Part shown: positions 61,906-64,000 of the stretch, one piece after another
How positions within the stretch are numbered: the first letter of the stretch is position 1
Layout: each line of letters opens with the position of its first letter
Source: Phyllobates terribilis
Lineage: Eukaryota
Assembly: GCF_046119375.1 (NCBI RefSeq)
Contig: NW_027362771.1
Location: 150,040,001 to 150,104,000 of the forward strand
Reading direction: 5' to 3'
DNA length: 64,000 nucleotides
Notes under the pieces: generated by a model
Database searches by the model: none
Told to the model about the DNA's origin: nothing
Seen by the model: only the letters and a program-made list of their open reading frames with translations
Position numbers and translations under genes: made by a program

Positions 61906-64000
61906 TAGTGTTGAGCGAGCACTAAAATGTTCGGGTGCTCGAAGCTCGGGCCGAGCTCACTGTGATACTTGGGTGCTCGACCCGAGCAACGAGCCCAATG
62001 TTAGTCTATGGGAGACCCGAACAATTTAGCGGCGGCTCCCCCGGCAGTCTGTAGACAGCCTAAAAAGTGCCCAAAACGATAGTGACAGTGCTCAAATGAC
62101 ATGGGGACAGCATGGGGATCGCCCCTGGAAGCATTTCTGACCCCCAGGTCACTGCTGTCAACAACGTGGTCAGAGGTATTAAGCCACTTTGACAGGCTCA
62201 CAATAAAACGTTCAAAAACGAAAGTGAAAGTGCTTTCCTGTGAAATATGTTAACCCCTTAACGACCATGGGTCTTTCTGTTTTTGTGTTTTCCTTTTTTG
62301 CTCCCCTTCTTCCCAGAGCTAGAACTTTTTTAATTTTCGTTCAATATGGCCATGTGAGGGCTTATTTTTTGCGGGACGAGTTGTACTTTTAAACACCATC
62401 ACTGGTTTTACTATATCATGTGCTGGAAAATGGGAAAAAAATTCCAAGTGCAGTGAAACTGCAAAAAAATGCAATTCCACAGTTGTTTTTTGGGTCCTTT
62501 TTTTACCACGTTCACAGATTGCTAAAACTGACCTGCCATCATTATTTTCCAGGTCGTTACGAGTTCATAGACACCAAACATGTATAGGTTCTTTTTTATT
62601 TAAGTGGTGAAAAAAAAATCCAAAGCTTGCTAAAAAAACAAAAAAAAATGACGCCATTTTCCGAGACCCTTAGCTTCTCCATTTTTCGGGATCTGGGGCC
62701 AGTTGAGGGCTTATTTTTTGCGTGCCGGGCTGACGTTTTTATTGATACCATTTTGGGTTAGATCCGATGTTTTGATCGCCCGTTATTGCATTTTATTGCA
62801 AAGTTGTAGCGACCAAAAAAACTTAATTCTGGCGTTTAAAATTTTTTTATCGTTACGCCGTTTACTGATTGTATTAATTCTTCTTTTATATTGATAGATC
62901 GGGCGATTCTGAACGCGGCGATACCAAATATGCGTATGTGTTTTTTTTTTTATATATATATATTTTATTTTGAATGGGGCGAAAGGGGGGTGACTTTTAT
63001 ATATATATATATATATATATATTTTTTTTAACTTTTTTTTTACACTTTCTGCTTGCTTCTATAGTCTCCAGAGGAGACTAGAAGCAGCAGTTGTCTGATT
63101 GCTTCTACTGCATACAAGCGATGAGCAGATCGCTTGTATGCAGGAGAAATGCTCACTTGCTATGAGCGCTGACCACTAGGTGGCGCTCATAGCAATTGAG
63201 ACATGACAACCACAGGCGTCTGCTGCAGACCCTGAGTTGTCATGCCCACCCATTGGTGACCCGCGATCACGTGATGGGGTCACTGATGGGCGGGGCTTAG
63301 GACTCCCGGAAGCGCGAGTTAAATGCCACTGTCAGAGATTTAACATATTAACAGCCGCGGGTGGATTGCGATTCCAATAATCAGCTGACATGTGCTCGCT
63401 TCAGTGCGGGCTCACCACCGGAGCCCCCGCTGAACCGGCCTTCCCGACCTGGTGCGTACTATTACTGACCAGGTCGGAAAGGGGTTAAGGAACATCCTTT
63501 CCAGGGTAAAGACTTGTGTATAAGGTAAAATAAATAACCAAAAACAAAAATACCCCTCCACACCTTGGGCTATGTTCACAAGTAGCATTTTTTATGCATT
63601 TTTGCACGTTTGTATTGCTTTCAACCGTGACAAATGCATTCACCGGGAAATGTCATTTTAACATTTTACAACCGTATCTGGCCATGTGCTGTGTGACACA
63701 TGCATACAGTGCTAAAAAGACATGGGAACAGCATGGGGAAGACCCCTGGAAGCATCTCTGACACCCAGGTCACTGCCTAAAATTGTGCCCATCAGAAGTG
63801 ATCCTTGCCGCATCAGAAGATGCAGACTTGCAACTATCCCCGTGCAAGTCCTTGTCCCAGGGCAGTGTTCAATTGTACCTCCCCCATAACTTGCAATACA
63901 AGCGCAAGTATGCAGCCTGCCACCCACCCCCCAGGCTGCAATACCATACTGCTAGCTTGCTTGCACTTGAAATTGGGCCTTTTAGGCATGTGGAGGTGGA
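61906..64000. mobile_element. Non-autonomous repeat beginning TAGTGTTGAGCG, superfamily uncertain, interrupted by the TTAA element
   Basis: Abrupt end of Tc1 similarity at 61905. The block GACATGGG.ACAGCATGGGGA..CCCCTGGAAGCAT.TCTGAC.CCCAGGTCACTGC occurs on both sides of the insertion (about 62097 and 63718). Confidence 0.45.
62254..63484. mobile_element. piggyBac-like non-autonomous element (1.23 kb)
   Basis: TTAA|CCCCTTAACGACC ... GGTCGGAAAGGGG|TTAA; TIR 11 of 13 matching; TTAA at 62250-53 and 63485-88; no transposase. Confidence 0.75.

Overview
Eukaryotic, vertebrate DNA, most likely from an anuran (frog) genome. This is inferred from the vertebrate-type proteins and from a transposon landscape of DIRS1, Tc1, TTAA- and TTA-flanked MITEs and GC-rich minisatellites. 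Three spliced host genes can be read directly. N6AMT1/HEMK2 is on the minus strand: its first two coding exons are at 4429-4305 and 2333-2247, and the rest lies left of the window. RPL18A is on the plus strand and complete (5 coding exons, 8696-15159, 176 aa), with a TOP/TCT start and a SNORA68-like H/ACA snoRNA in intron 2. KICS2/C12orf66 is on the plus strand and complete (3 exons, 31562/31658-37097). Most of the rest is transposon-derived. It includes a DIRS1-type element with inverted termini and an internal complementary region (17632-21838), a full-length L1 with a 12-bp target-site duplication (43648-49847), and a Gmr1-like Ty3/Gypsy element (SCAN gag; integrase before RT) with both LTRs (53273-58346) nested in a Tc1. 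There are also several decayed Tc1 elements, many MITEs, and four large minisatellites that account for the long repetitive ORFs in the track. I found no convincing previously undescribed biological system. The best leads are a possible acidic/dileucine N-terminal extension and a CLEAR-like/CRE-ETS promoter on KICS2, the N6AMT1-RPL18A-KICS2 linkage, an empty-site record of the DIRS insertion, and minisatellites that arose inside non-autonomous transposons. Coordinates were counted by hand, so element edges are approximate to a few bases.
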